From Oscillospiraceae bacterium (lineage in GTDB: Bacteria > Bacillota > Clostridia > Oscillospirales > Acutalibacteraceae), in assembly GCA_012520505.1 (NCBI GenBank), contig JAAYOC010000011.1, forward strand, positions 9,686-73,685: a stretch of 64,000 nt of DNA. The letters are read 5' to 3'. How positions within the stretch are numbered: position 1 is the first letter of the stretch; the number at the start of each line of letters is the position of its first letter. Made by a program: the position numbers and the translations under genes. Below are positions 18,993 to 28,564 of the stretch, in pieces. The notes beneath the pieces are model-generated. The model was not told the DNA's origin and ran no database searches. It saw nothing but the letters and a program-made list of their open reading frames with translations.

Positions 18993-19028
18993 AAAAAACA
19001 GGTCTCACCTTTTAAGACCTGTTTTTTT
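18993..19028 (-). terminator. Rho-independent terminator after fbp
   Basis: Stem ACAGGTCT/AGACCTGT with a 9-nt loop, flanked by an A6 and a T7 run. It lies about 70 nt downstream of the fbp stop. Confidence 0.75.
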
Positions 19029-19096
19029 AGAAATACTTTTTTAAAAAAATACTTTTTCTATATTTCTACTCTTAATTTTCTTTTTAAATTAGCTTC

Positions 19097-21094
19097 CTAA
19101 TTTCCTTCAGCGATGATACCTAACTTATAGGCGTTTAGCAGCCTATAAAGATTATCTACTTGTTTTTGTAGTTTTCTACCGTTATCAGTTTCTGCAATCT
19201 TAATACGTTTATCAAGTCGTTCAAATACAACTGAAGCTGAAACAATATCTTTGTTAAAACGAATCGCCTCTTCTCTACTAGTAAAAGCTTCATGTGAGGA
19301 AAGTCTCATTACATATGAATTGTAAATTAATGTATACCCGGCAATTCCTGTCGTCTTTTGATATGCCCTACAAAAACCACCGTCAATGTTTATAAGTTTA
19401 CCTTCTCCTTTTACCGGATTTTCACCTTCAGATGCTCTTACAGGTGTATGCCCGTTGATTATATGTGAATGTTTTCCGCTAAGATTAAACTCACGTAGAA
19501 TAAACTCGCATCCCCTTGCAGTTTCAGTAACAGTATAATAAGGGTCCTTTTGCTCAATCCAAGTTTCTTTGTCAGCAATTAAACGACGTTCAAAAGTAGT
19601 GATTTTATCTCTCGCAAATAAAGGCGAATATTTGCCACACCAAAGCCACCACATAAAATCTTGTCCAAGTTGCCTCTCGTATGAATCTTCACCGGCGAAA
19701 TAACCATCATGAGCTTTTGCAGCACAAAAATCAAAAAGATTTTTACCCGAGTAAGATCTAAGTCCAAAAGTAAACTCTTTGAAATCACCATTCTTTTCCA
19801 TTGGTATAGAACCATGAAACAGAAGATTCCCGTTATAGCATCGATACATGGAACCTTTTGAAAATAGAAATACTATATGTTTTTGAAGTTTTTCTGAAGC
19901 TCTGAAATTTTCACACAACTCGTCCATAAGCCTTTGTTCTTCTTCAGTTAAGGCATACGGATTTTTAGGATCAAGAGTCGGAAAATCTGTATCAAGAAGT
20001 TCATATTCCTTAAATCCTAACTTTATAGTTCCTTTTTCAAAATTTATTTTTTCAAGTAGAAGTCTGTTATCCATATCAAAGTCCGGATTTCGCATAATTA
20101 CCTGACCTTCAAGCTTAAACATAATAATTGTGATTGCTTTAGCCATCATTCCGGTAAGTTCAATATCCTTTTCAGTTATTCTAAAATTATTTTCACCCAT
20201 ATCATCTATGTCTACAATATATCTCTCAACATTAGAGTTTGCATAAACTTCATTAGCAAATACTGAAAGTGGACGAAGACTAATGCCATATCCGGTCTCA
20301 AGAACATGTAAATTATTATAACGAATAGAATTGGAAAGAACAGTAGCTATGCAAACCGGTGAACCTGCTGCAGCACCCATCCAAACTATGTCATGATTAC
20401 CCCATTGAATATCAACAGAATGGTAATTTATTAAATCTTCCATAACGATGTCAGCACGCGGACCTCGGTCAAAAATATCGCCGACTATATGGAGATGATC
20501 AACAATTAGGTGCTGAATAACATAACACACAGAAACAATAAAATCCGGAGCTTTTCCAATATCAATTATTGTTGTAATTATATTGTGATAATATTCCTTT
20601 TTGTTATGAAGGTTAAAATCTGTGTTAAGTAACTCATCAATCACATATGCATATTCTTCAGGAAGAGCTTTTCTAACTTTTGACCTTGTATATTTTGATG
20701 AAACAAGATGACACAGTTCAAGGAGATAATTCAAAGTATTTCTATACCATTCCTCTTTTTCCGACTCATACATATGCATAGTTGTATCTTTAATTTTTTC
20801 TTCAGGATAGTAAATAACCGTAGCGAGAGTTGAGCGCTCCTCTTCATCTAAAACCTTCGAAAAAAGCATGTCGATTTTTTCACGAATAGCACCTGAAGCA
20901 CTTCTCATAATATGTGTAAATGCTTCATATTCGCCATGGATATCAGAAATAAAGTGCTCTGTCCCCTTCGGTAAATTTTGAATTGCTTTTAAATTGATTA
21001 TTTCCGTTGCAGCAGATTGAGCAGTTGGAAATTTTTGTGAAAGCAACTTTAAGTATTCAATATCTTCTCTCGGATAATTTACAAATTCTCTCAT
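19097..21094 (-). CDS. fbp: Fructose-1,6-bisphosphatase, class 3 (Firmicute type)
   Basis: 665 aa. Size and motifs (FISDIHGEYEAF, VGDIFDRGPR, GNHD) are those of class-III FBPase, a metallophosphoesterase. Confidence 0.9.
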   Translation of the reverse strand: MREFVNYPREDIEYLKLLSQKFPTAQSAATEIINLKAIQNLPKGTEHFISDIHGEYEAFTHIMRSASGAIREKIDMLFSKVLDEEERSTLATVIYYPEEKIKDTTMHMYESEKEEWYRNTLNYLLELCHLVSSKYTRSKVRKALPEEYAYVIDELLNTDFNLHNKKEYYHNIITTIIDIGKAPDFIVSVCYVIQHLIVDHLHIVGDIFDRGPRADIVMEDLINYHSVDIQWGNHDIVWMGAAAGSPVCIATVLSNSIRYNNLHVLETGYGISLRPLSVFANEVYANSNVERYIVDIDDMGENNFRITEKDIELTGMMAKAITIIMFKLEGQVIMRNPDFDMDNRLLLEKINFEKGTIKLGFKEYELLDTDFPTLDPKNPYALTEEEQRLMDELCENFRASEKLQKHIVFLFSKGSMYRCYNGNLLFHGSIPMEKNGDFKEFTFGLRSYSGKNLFDFCAAKAHDGYFAGEDSYERQLGQDFMWWLWCGKYSPLFARDKITTFERRLIADKETWIEQKDPYYTVTETARGCEFILREFNLSGKHSHIINGHTPVRASEGENPVKGEGKLINIDGGFCRAYQKTTGIAGYTLIYNSYVMRLSSHEAFTSREEAIRFNKDIVSASVVFERLDKRIKIAETDNGRKLQKQVDNLYRLLNAYKLGIIAEGN

Positions 21095-21128
21095 AATTAC
21101 TCCTCTAAGTTTGTCTAAATAATAACAA

Positions 21129-21152
21129 TAGTCCAGCCATGAGGCTGGACTA
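21129..21152 (-). terminator. Hairpin (probable terminator/attenuator) between the uvrA-downstream micro-ORF and fbp
   Basis: Perfect 10-bp stem TAGTCCAGCC/GGCTGGACTA with a 4-nt loop, followed on the minus strand by the interrupted T-tract TTGTTATTATTT. Confidence 0.55.
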
Positions 21153-21157
21153 GAAAT

Positions 21158-21313
21158 TTAGTTTTCTTCTTCATTCAGCAAAAGTAATGGTAATCCGACT
21201 AAAAAACTGTACAAAAAACATCCTAAAACAAAATAGAAAACTGCCGTTACAGTAAGATAGCCCAGTGTCCTTGTAAATGAATTTTCAATACCCAAAATCC
21301 AACTCAAAAACAT
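21158..21313 (-). CDS. Unannotated 51-aa hydrophobic micro-protein
   Basis: Below the ORF-track size cut-off. AGGAGAG SD sits 7 nt before the ATG. Translation: MFLSWILGIENSFTRTLGYLTVTAVFYFVLGCFLYSFLVGLPLLLLNEEEN. The stop lies 5 nt before the hairpin at 21129-21152. Confidence 0.4.
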   Translation of the reverse strand: MFLSWILGIENSFTRTLGYLTVTAVFYFVLGCFLYSFLVGLPLLLLNEEEN

Positions 21314-21404
21314 AACTTGTCTCTCCTAATTTTTCTCAATTTCTCTCTTTTAAAACATATATTGGTTTTTTAATTGTTTATATTCTACCCCAGTCGCCTT
21401 AAAT

Positions 21405-24227
21405 TTACAATACTTCTTTTAAATACTGTCCCGTATAAGATTTCTTGTTCTTCGCAACCTCTTCCGGTGTGCCGGTAGCTATGACTTCACCGCCTTTATC
21501 TCCACCTTCCGGGCCTAAATCTATAATATGGTCAGCTGTCTTAATAATATCGAGGTTATGCTCGATTATGAGGACGGTATTGCCGGCATCAACAAGCTTA
21601 TTCAGTACCTCTATTAACTTTTTAACGTCATCTGAATGAAGACCTGTGGTAGGCTCGTCAAGAATATAAAAAGTCTTACCGGTTGAACGTTTAGAAAGTT
21701 CGGTAGCAAGTTTTACTCGTTGAGCCTCACCACCGGAAAGAGTTGGAGCCGGCTGTCCGAGTGTGACATAACCGAGACCGACATCCTGAAGTGTCTTTAA
21801 CCTGTTATATATTCTTGGTACTGCTGAGAAAAATTCACATGCCTCATCAACTGTCATTGCAAGCACATCTGCAATATTTTTACCCTTGTATTTTACTTCT
21901 AGTGTTTCTCTATTGTACCTTGACCCTTCACATACTTCACAAGGAACATATACGTCAGCGAGAAAATGCATTTCAATTTTTAAAATGCCATCACCCTTAC
22001 AGGATTCACAACGTCCACCTTTAACATTAAAAGAAAAACGTCCCGGTGCATATCCCTTCATTTTTGCTTCCTGCGTAGAAGCAAAAAGATTTCTAATATC
22101 CGTAAAAAGATTTGTATATGTAGCAGGGTTTGAAGAAGGCATTCTACCTATCGGCGATTGATCAATAGCAATAACTTTATCAAGATATTCAAGACCGGTA
22201 ATACCCTTTGATTTTCCGGGATAAGCCTTTGCCCTATTTAAATCTCTAGCTAAAGTTTTATAAAGTATTTCGTTAACAAGTGAAGATTTTCCGGACCCGG
22301 AAACCCCCGTAACACAGGTAAAAGTGCCTAGTGGAATATTTACGTCAATATCCTTTAAATTATTTTCCGCTGCACTATGGATTGTAATAAAATTACCGTT
22401 ACCCGGTCTTCTCTTTGTTGGAACCGGAATGCTTCGTTTTCCGGAAAGATATTGACCCGTGATTGATTTTTCGCAAGCAATTATTTCTTCCGGTGTACCG
22501 GAAACTACAACTTCTCCGCCGAGATGACCGGCACCCGGTCCTATATCAACAATAAAGTCAGCTGCACGCATAGTATTTTCATCATGTTCAACTACTATTA
22601 AAGTGTTACCTAAATCGCGCAGTTCTTCCAATGTAGCTATTAACTTATCGTTGTCACGTTGATGAAGGCCTATTGACGGCTCATCAAGAATATAAAGCAC
22701 ACCCATCAAGGAAGAACCAATCTGTGTAGCTAAACGGATACGCTGACTCTCACCACCGGATAAAGTACCTGATTTTCTATAAAGATTTAAATATTCAAGA
22801 CCAACTCTGCAAAGAAAATTAAGTCTGGATTTAATTTCTTTGAGAATAAGTTCAGCAATTATGGCTTCACGTTTTGTCAATTTTAAGTTTTCTAAAAATT
22901 CAAGCTCGTGTCTGATTGAAAGACGAGTAAATTCATCAATATTTATACCACCAACAGTAACAGCCAAAGAAATTGAATTCAGTCTCCTACCTTGGCATTC
23001 TTCACAATCATGTACTGCCATAAAAGCTTCAATTTGACGCTTCGACCATTCAGAGTTGGTGCTGTCATATTTTCTTAAAAGATTAGGAATAATTCCTTCA
23101 AATCTGGCTTCCCAAGTATTATTACTATATTTTGATACGTAGTGATATTTAACTCTTTCTTTACCGGTTCCATAAATAATTTTTTCAAGGTCTTCTCTTT
23201 TCATTTCTGACACCGGAACATCAATCGAAAAACCATAATGGTCAGCAATTCCTTGATAAAACATCTCTGCCATCGTGCCGCCTTCAACTTTTGACCACCC
23301 CGGAGCTTTAATTGCACCATCTCGAATAGAGATTGATTTATCCTTTATAAGTAAATCCTCATCAATAACTGTATATTCACCAAGTCCTGTACATTTTTGA
23401 CAAGCACCGAACGGACTGTTAAATGAAAACATACGAGGCGAAAGTTTAGTAACAGAAATTCCATGTTCCGGACACGCAAAAGTTTGAGAAAATTCCATTT
23501 CCTCACCGTCAATTACATCGATTACAACCATACCTTCAGCAAGTTTGGCTGCAGTTTCAATGGAATCAGTAATTCTCGAGCGAATCCCCTCTTTAATTAC
23601 AAGTCTGTCAACAACGATTCGAATTGTATGTTTTATATTTTTGTCAAGCTTAATTTTCTCAGATAAATCATGCATCTCACCATCTATTTGAGCACGAATA
23701 AAACCCTGTTTTAAAGCATTTTCAAGTTCTTTTACATATTCACCTTTCTTCCCCCGTGCGATTGGTGCCATGACTTGAATTTTAGTCCCATTTGGTAAAT
23801 CAAGAACCTGGTCAACAATTTGGTCAATACTCTGCGATTTAATTTCTTTTCCACAAACAGGACAATGCGGAATACCGATTCTTGCGTATAAAAGACGTAA
23901 ATAATCATAAATTTCTGTAACTGTTCCTACAGTTGAACGCGGATTTTTAGATGTAGTTTTTTGATCAATAGAAATTGCGGGACTAAGTCCTTCAATTGAA
24001 TCCACCTTCGGTTTTTCCATAAGACCTAAAAACTGACGAGCATAAGATGACAACGACTCCATATAGCGACGCTGACCTTCGGCATAAATTGTGTCGAAAG
24101 CTAAAGATGATTTACCGGAACCTGAAACTCCGGTAAATACTACTAATTTGTCTCTTGGAATAGTAAGAGAAATACGTTTTAAATTATGTTCTCTTGCACC
24201 TTTAATTACTATTTCTTTACTTGCCAT
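21405..24227 (-). CDS. uvrA: Excinuclease ABC subunit A
   Basis: 940 aa. Two ABC modules ([10 protein letters not shown] twice, LSGGE twice) and zinc-finger Cys pairs. Overlaps the uvrB end by 11 nt. Confidence 0.97.
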   Translation of the reverse strand: MASKEIVIKGAREHNLKRISLTIPRDKLVVFTGVSGSGKSSLAFDTIYAEGQRRYMESLSSYARQFLGLMEKPKVDSIEGLSPAISIDQKTTSKNPRSTVGTVTEIYDYLRLLYARIGIPHCPVCGKEIKSQSIDQIVDQVLDLPNGTKIQVMAPIARGKKGEYVKELENALKQGFIRAQIDGEMHDLSEKIKLDKNIKHTIRIVVDRLVIKEGIRSRITDSIETAAKLAEGMVVIDVIDGEEMEFSQTFACPEHGISVTKLSPRMFSFNSPFGACQKCTGLGEYTVIDEDLLIKDKSISIRDGAIKAPGWSKVEGGTMAEMFYQGIADHYGFSIDVPVSEMKREDLEKIIYGTGKERVKYHYVSKYSNNTWEARFEGIIPNLLRKYDSTNSEWSKRQIEAFMAVHDCEECQGRRLNSISLAVTVGGINIDEFTRLSIRHELEFLENLKLTKREAIIAELILKEIKSRLNFLCRVGLEYLNLYRKSGTLSGGESQRIRLATQIGSSLMGVLYILDEPSIGLHQRDNDKLIATLEELRDLGNTLIVVEHDENTMRAADFIVDIGPGAGHLGGEVVVSGTPEEIIACEKSITGQYLSGKRSIPVPTKRRPGNGNFITIHSAAENNLKDIDVNIPLGTFTCVTGVSGSGKSSLVNEILYKTLARDLNRAKAYPGKSKGITGLEYLDKVIAIDQSPIGRMPSSNPATYTNLFTDIRNLFASTQEAKMKGYAPGRFSFNVKGGRCESCKGDGILKIEMHFLADVYVPCEVCEGSRYNRETLEVKYKGKNIADVLAMTVDEACEFFSAVPRIYNRLKTLQDVGLGYVTLGQPAPTLSGGEAQRVKLATELSKRSTGKTFYILDEPTTGLHSDDVKKLIEVLNKLVDAGNTVLIIEHNLDIIKTADHIIDLGPEGGDKGGEVIATGTPEEVAKNKKSYTGQYLKEVL

Positions 24228-26184
24228 TTTGTAGCCTTTCTATCTCATCTCTATAATACGCAGCGAGCTCAAAATTTAATATACGAGCGGCTGCCTTCAT
24301 TTCTCTAGTTAACTGTTTTATAGCTGTTTGTCGTTCCAGTTTACTAAGCCTGCGTCCATCTTTTGGTTTTTCGGTATCAACTTTCGATGTTATTTCAATT
24401 ATATCACGAACATCTTTTACTATAGATTTTGGAACAATACCATGTTTTTCATTATATTTCATCTGAACGTCTCTACGTCTACAGGTTTCGGAAATAGCCC
24501 GTTCCATTGACGGAGTTACACTATCTGCATACATAATTACTTTTGCATTTACATTTCGTGCAGCCCGACCGATAGTTTGAACAAGTGATGTCTCAGAACG
24601 AAGAAAACCTTCTTTATCTGCGTCTAAGATAGCAACTAAAGATACTTCCGGAATATCTAAACCTTCACGAAGTAGGTTAATACCGATAAGAACATCAAAT
24701 ACACCGAGTCTTAAATCGCGGATGATTTGCATTCGTTCAATTGTATCTATATCGTGGTGCATATATCGCACCTTAATATCAAAATTCTCGAAATAAGAGG
24801 TTAAATCCTCCGCCATTTTCTTTGTGAGAGTCGTTATAAGCACTCTTTCGTTTCTTTCAACTCGAATATTGATTTGTGAAATAAGGTCGTCAATCTGCCC
24901 CTCAACCGGTTTTACAGTTATTTCCGGGTCAACAAGACCTGTTGGTCTAATAAGCTGTTCAACAATTTGAACGCTTTTTTCTCTTTCAAACTCACCCGGT
25001 GTAGCCGAAACAAATACAACCTGATTAATATGTGAGTAAAACTCATCGAAATTAAGAGGTCTGTTGTCGAAAGCAGATGGTAGCCTAAACCCATATTCAA
25101 TAAGATTTTTCTTCCTTGCATGATCACCACCAAACATACCGCGAACCTGTGGTAACGTAACATGAGATTCATCAACAAACATAAGAAAATCATCCGGGAA
25201 AAAGTCGAGTAATGTATTTGGTGTAGAGCCCGGAGCACGACGTGCCAATACTCTTGAATAATTTTCAACGCCACTACAAATTCCTGTTTCTCGAAGCATT
25301 TCCATATCATACTCAGTACGTTGTTTTATTCTCTGAGCTTCAATAAGTTTACCTTCTGCTTCAAATTTTGCAATCTGGCTAAACATTTCTTCCATGATCT
25401 CAGAAATTGCTTCTTCCATAATATCGAGAGCCACTACATAGTGAGTTGCAGGATAAATTGTAACATGAGAAACAATCGCTTTCACTGTACCGGTTAAAGG
25501 ATTTATCTCAGTAATTCTTTCAATTTCATCTCCGAAATATTCTACTCGAATTGCCGATTCAGAATATCCGGCCGGGAAAATTTCAATTGTATCTCCCCTG
25601 ACTCTAAACTTGTTTCGAATAAAGTTTACATCATTTCTTTCATACTGAATTTCAACAAGCTTCGCAAGCAATTCATCACGTGGTTTTTCCATTCCGGGAC
25701 GAAGAGAAATTATCATTGTTTTATAAATTTCAGGGTCACCAATAGAATAAATACAAGAAACAGATGCAACGATTATAACATCTCGTCTTTCCGACAACGA
25801 AAATGTTGCAGAATGACGAAGTTTATCTATTTCATCATTAATAGACGAATCTTTTTCAATATATGTATCTGTTGTCGGCACATAAGCTTCCGGTTGATAG
25901 TAATCATAATATGAAACGAAATACTCTACTGCATTATCTGGGAACATCTCTCTAAATTCAGAACAAAGTTGTGCCGCAAGCGTCTTGTTATGAGCGAGAA
26001 CAAGTGTCGGACGATTAACTCTTTCAATAACATTCGCCATTGTAAAAGTTTTACCGGAACCGGTAACGCCAAGCAAAGTTTGCTCTTTATAACCATTCTC
26101 CAGTCCTTCAACAAGTTTATCTATTGCCTCCGGCTGATCTCCGGTCGGCTTAAATTTCGACTTTAAAATAAACTTATCCGGCAT
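24217..26184 (-). CDS. uvrB: Excinuclease ABC subunit B
   Basis: The ORF track starts at 26208. I prefer the ATG at 26184 ([21 protein letters not shown], the canonical UvrB N-terminus), preceded by AAGGAG 7 nt upstream. Has helicase motifs GVTGSGKT and DESH and a C-terminal UVR domain. Confidence 0.96.
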   Translation of the reverse strand: MPDKFILKSKFKPTGDQPEAIDKLVEGLENGYKEQTLLGVTGSGKTFTMANVIERVNRPTLVLAHNKTLAAQLCSEFREMFPDNAVEYFVSYYDYYQPEAYVPTTDTYIEKDSSINDEIDKLRHSATFSLSERRDVIIVASVSCIYSIGDPEIYKTMIISLRPGMEKPRDELLAKLVEIQYERNDVNFIRNKFRVRGDTIEIFPAGYSESAIRVEYFGDEIERITEINPLTGTVKAIVSHVTIYPATHYVVALDIMEEAISEIMEEMFSQIAKFEAEGKLIEAQRIKQRTEYDMEMLRETGICSGVENYSRVLARRAPGSTPNTLLDFFPDDFLMFVDESHVTLPQVRGMFGGDHARKKNLIEYGFRLPSAFDNRPLNFDEFYSHINQVVFVSATPGEFEREKSVQIVEQLIRPTGLVDPEITVKPVEGQIDDLISQINIRVERNERVLITTLTKKMAEDLTSYFENFDIKVRYMHHDIDTIERMQIIRDLRLGVFDVLIGINLLREGLDIPEVSLVAILDADKEGFLRSETSLVQTIGRAARNVNAKVIMYADSVTPSMERAISETCRRRDVQMKYNEKHGIVPKSIVKDVRDIIEITSKVDTEKPKDGRRLSKLERQTAIKQLTREMKAAARILNFELAAYYRDEIERLQNGK

Positions 26185-26214
26185 GTTCTCACTCCTTACG
26201 TATGACATAAAAGT

Positions 26215-27513
26215 TTAATAGCAATATAAATCATAATCGTTTAAAGAACAAACTAGATCATCAATGCTTGTCTTGGTTATTTCATAACCTTGGCTGTCCA
26301 TAATTACCATATTATCACAACAAAACGGACAACATGCATCACCAAGAATAGAGTCTGGTCCATCAAAACGCCATTTTTTAATTTTTTCAGGTGCAAAAAT
26401 TTTTCCACAACTAATGCAACCACAAAGTACTGCCGTATGAGCAAATTTTGAATTTTTTTCAGTGCTTTTCAAAAGCTTATATCTAAACTTTTCTAATTCA
26501 AAAAACTTCTTACGACCCTCCATAAATTCATTAATAGAACTCGGATTTTTAACAGCATTACGAATAATGTCAGAAAAAAACACATCTTCACCTTCTATGC
26601 CTGAAAAATTATACCCATTAAAGAGGTAACTATCCAATACAATTATTGGTATATCATCCTCCTTGAAACTTAAAACATATTTTTCATAACTATCAATATT
26701 AGGTATATCTTCCACATGAAGTAGAATTACTTTTAAAATTTTAACTCCATCTTTATAAACTAAATACTCAAAGTGCATGCTGTTATTAATCTCTTTTTTT
26801 TCATAACTGTATTGCTTTGAAAGTGAAAATAATGTGCTTTCAACTGCAACATGCATATCTTTTGAAATAGTATTTGCAACACGTTTTATGATCTCTTTCG
26901 TTGCACATGTGTTTTTGTAAATATAAATTAAAGATTCACCGTTTTCAATTCGGCGTTTTACTCCATCGCACATATGAGAAACAAATTGACGATATTTATA
27001 ATCATTTGGATCTGTATATCTCTGTAGATTAAGTTTTTCTGCCGCTAATTCAAAAAAAATAAAATATACAAAATTTGGCTCTAAATCAAAGGAATAGTAA
27101 ATATCAGAAAGTTGTCTTGGCAACAATTCGTTTATCATAAAAACAAATTGCTCAAGCATAAGAGTTGCCTCTTCACACGTAAGAGTGTATATATTGCTCG
27201 ATTTTAACACAGAAACTAGTTCCTCTTTTTCAATATTGTACAACTTTAATTTTAACAGCACATCTAAAAGCGATTTATCCTTTTCACCTGTTTCAATGAG
27301 AGACTGAATGTATAGTTTTTCTATTTCACCGGAAGTAGAAAGAGGAGAATTATCCAGTTTATTATAAAACCTGTCATAATGTTTTTCATCATAATGCTCT
27401 TTATTTTCTTTAGATACATCTACTGGAAATCCCATTTCAGCTAATGTTCTTGTTTCAACAGTGTTTATCGGAATTCCTTTGATACATCTAAAAGTTACAT
27501 TATCAAACATCAA
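26215..27513 (-). CDS. Hypothetical protein with a C-terminal Cys-rich (zinc-ribbon-like) region
   Basis: 432 aa with AGGAG upstream. I recognise no family. The C-terminus reads CGCISCGKIF...GDACCPFCCDNMVIMD. It is on the same strand as uvrB, 30 nt upstream of it, with no terminator in between. Confidence 0.7.
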   Translation of the reverse strand: MMFDNVTFRCIKGIPINTVETRTLAEMGFPVDVSKENKEHYDEKHYDRFYNKLDNSPLSTSGEIEKLYIQSLIETGEKDKSLLDVLLKLKLYNIEKEELVSVLKSSNIYTLTCEEATLMLEQFVFMINELLPRQLSDIYYSFDLEPNFVYFIFFELAAEKLNLQRYTDPNDYKYRQFVSHMCDGVKRRIENGESLIYIYKNTCATKEIIKRVANTISKDMHVAVESTLFSLSKQYSYEKKEINNSMHFEYLVYKDGVKILKVILLHVEDIPNIDSYEKYVLSFKEDDIPIIVLDSYLFNGYNFSGIEGEDVFFSDIIRNAVKNPSSINEFMEGRKKFFELEKFRYKLLKSTEKNSKFAHTAVLCGCISCGKIFAPEKIKKWRFDGPDSILGDACCPFCCDNMVIMDSQGYEITKTSIDDLVCSLNDYDLYCY

Positions 27514-27618
27514 TAAGCTTCTCCTTTCAGTTTGTTCGATAAAATAATTGAAACATAATTAAAAATCTATTGCAACATATAAATTCATACATACCCCTTT
27601 TAAAAACCTACGAATATC

Positions 27619-27647
27619 AAAACCTCACTCAACTGAGTGAGGTTTTT
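27619..27647 (-). terminator. Rho-independent terminator after the SDR gene
   Basis: Stem CCTCACTCA/TGAGTGAGG flanked by A and T runs, about 25 nt downstream of the stop at 27669. Confidence 0.75.
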
Positions 27648-27668
27648 GTAATATCATACTTTGCCATA

Positions 27669-28496
27669 CTAATCCCAGTTAATGTACTCCGGTTCTAGTT
27701 GGCGGGCAATTTTATAAAACAGTGTTGGAAATAAATCATGGACTAAAATACCAAAACGCTCGGTAAATCCTCCAACATAAATCAAAGGTGATTTTTTCTC
27801 AAGACGTTTAACTACATATTTAGCCATTTTTTCCGGCGCCATACCTTTCAGGCAAGCCTCAGAATGTTCTCCATAAAAATTTCCCTTACCGTTTAAACTG
27901 TTTACGGTGATATTGGTGTTAATGTATCCGGGAGTAATTAAAGAAACTGTAATTTTCTTTGGAACTTCCGCACGAAGAGAATCATAAAATCCGTGTAATC
28001 CGTGTTTAGCAGCGGCATATGCTGAGCTGCATTTATCACTCAAAACACCATTTACACTAGTGATACACGCAATATGTCCTCTTCCTCTTTCTTCCATCAG
28101 AGGTAAAACTTTGAGGGTTATAGCAATGTTACCATAAAAATTGATTTCCATCACTTTTTCATATATTGAAAGTGGTGTGTTTCGTACCCAATCTTTGTAA
28201 TCTATGCCGGCACTGTTGATTAGCATATCTATTTTGCCACAGTGTCTAACAACCTGGGAAACCTTATCATCAACGGTATCAAAATGAGTAACATCTAAAG
28301 GAAGTATCATAGCATTTTCAGGATATTTTAATTCGCCCTTTACTCTATTTAACTCCTCTTCTCTACGAGCAGACAAGACAATGAAAGCTCCACGAGCATT
28401 ATATTCTTTTGCCAGAGCTTCACCTATTCCGGACGAAGCACCTGTTACCCATACAACTTTTTTGTCCTGTATACTTGATTTTTTTTGATTACTCAT
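27669..28496 (-). CDS. Short-chain dehydrogenase/reductase (classical SDR)
   Basis: 275 aa. TGASSGIGEALA (TGxxxGxG), NSAG and catalytic YAAAKHG (YxxxK). Confidence 0.9.
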   Translation of the reverse strand: MSNQKKSSIQDKKVVWVTGASSGIGEALAKEYNARGAFIVLSARREEELNRVKGELKYPENAMILPLDVTHFDTVDDKVSQVVRHCGKIDMLINSAGIDYKDWVRNTPLSIYEKVMEINFYGNIAITLKVLPLMEERGRGHIACITSVNGVLSDKCSSAYAAAKHGLHGFYDSLRAEVPKKITVSLITPGYINTNITVNSLNGKGNFYGEHSEACLKGMAPEKMAKYVVKRLEKKSPLIYVGGFTERFGILVHDLFPTLFYKIARQLEPEYINWD

Positions 28497-28564
28497 AACT
28501 ATCCCTCACTTATATTGTTTTAATCACCTCTCAATTATATCACCGTAAATATGAAAACACCATT

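Noticed and set aside
27521-27540. LexA/Cheo SOS box upstream of the 432-aa gene/uvrB operon.
   Set aside because: Only one half-site (GTTCG within TTTCAGTTTGTTCG) is present. The partner GAAC half at the 4-nt spacing is missing, so I cannot support an SOS box by eye.
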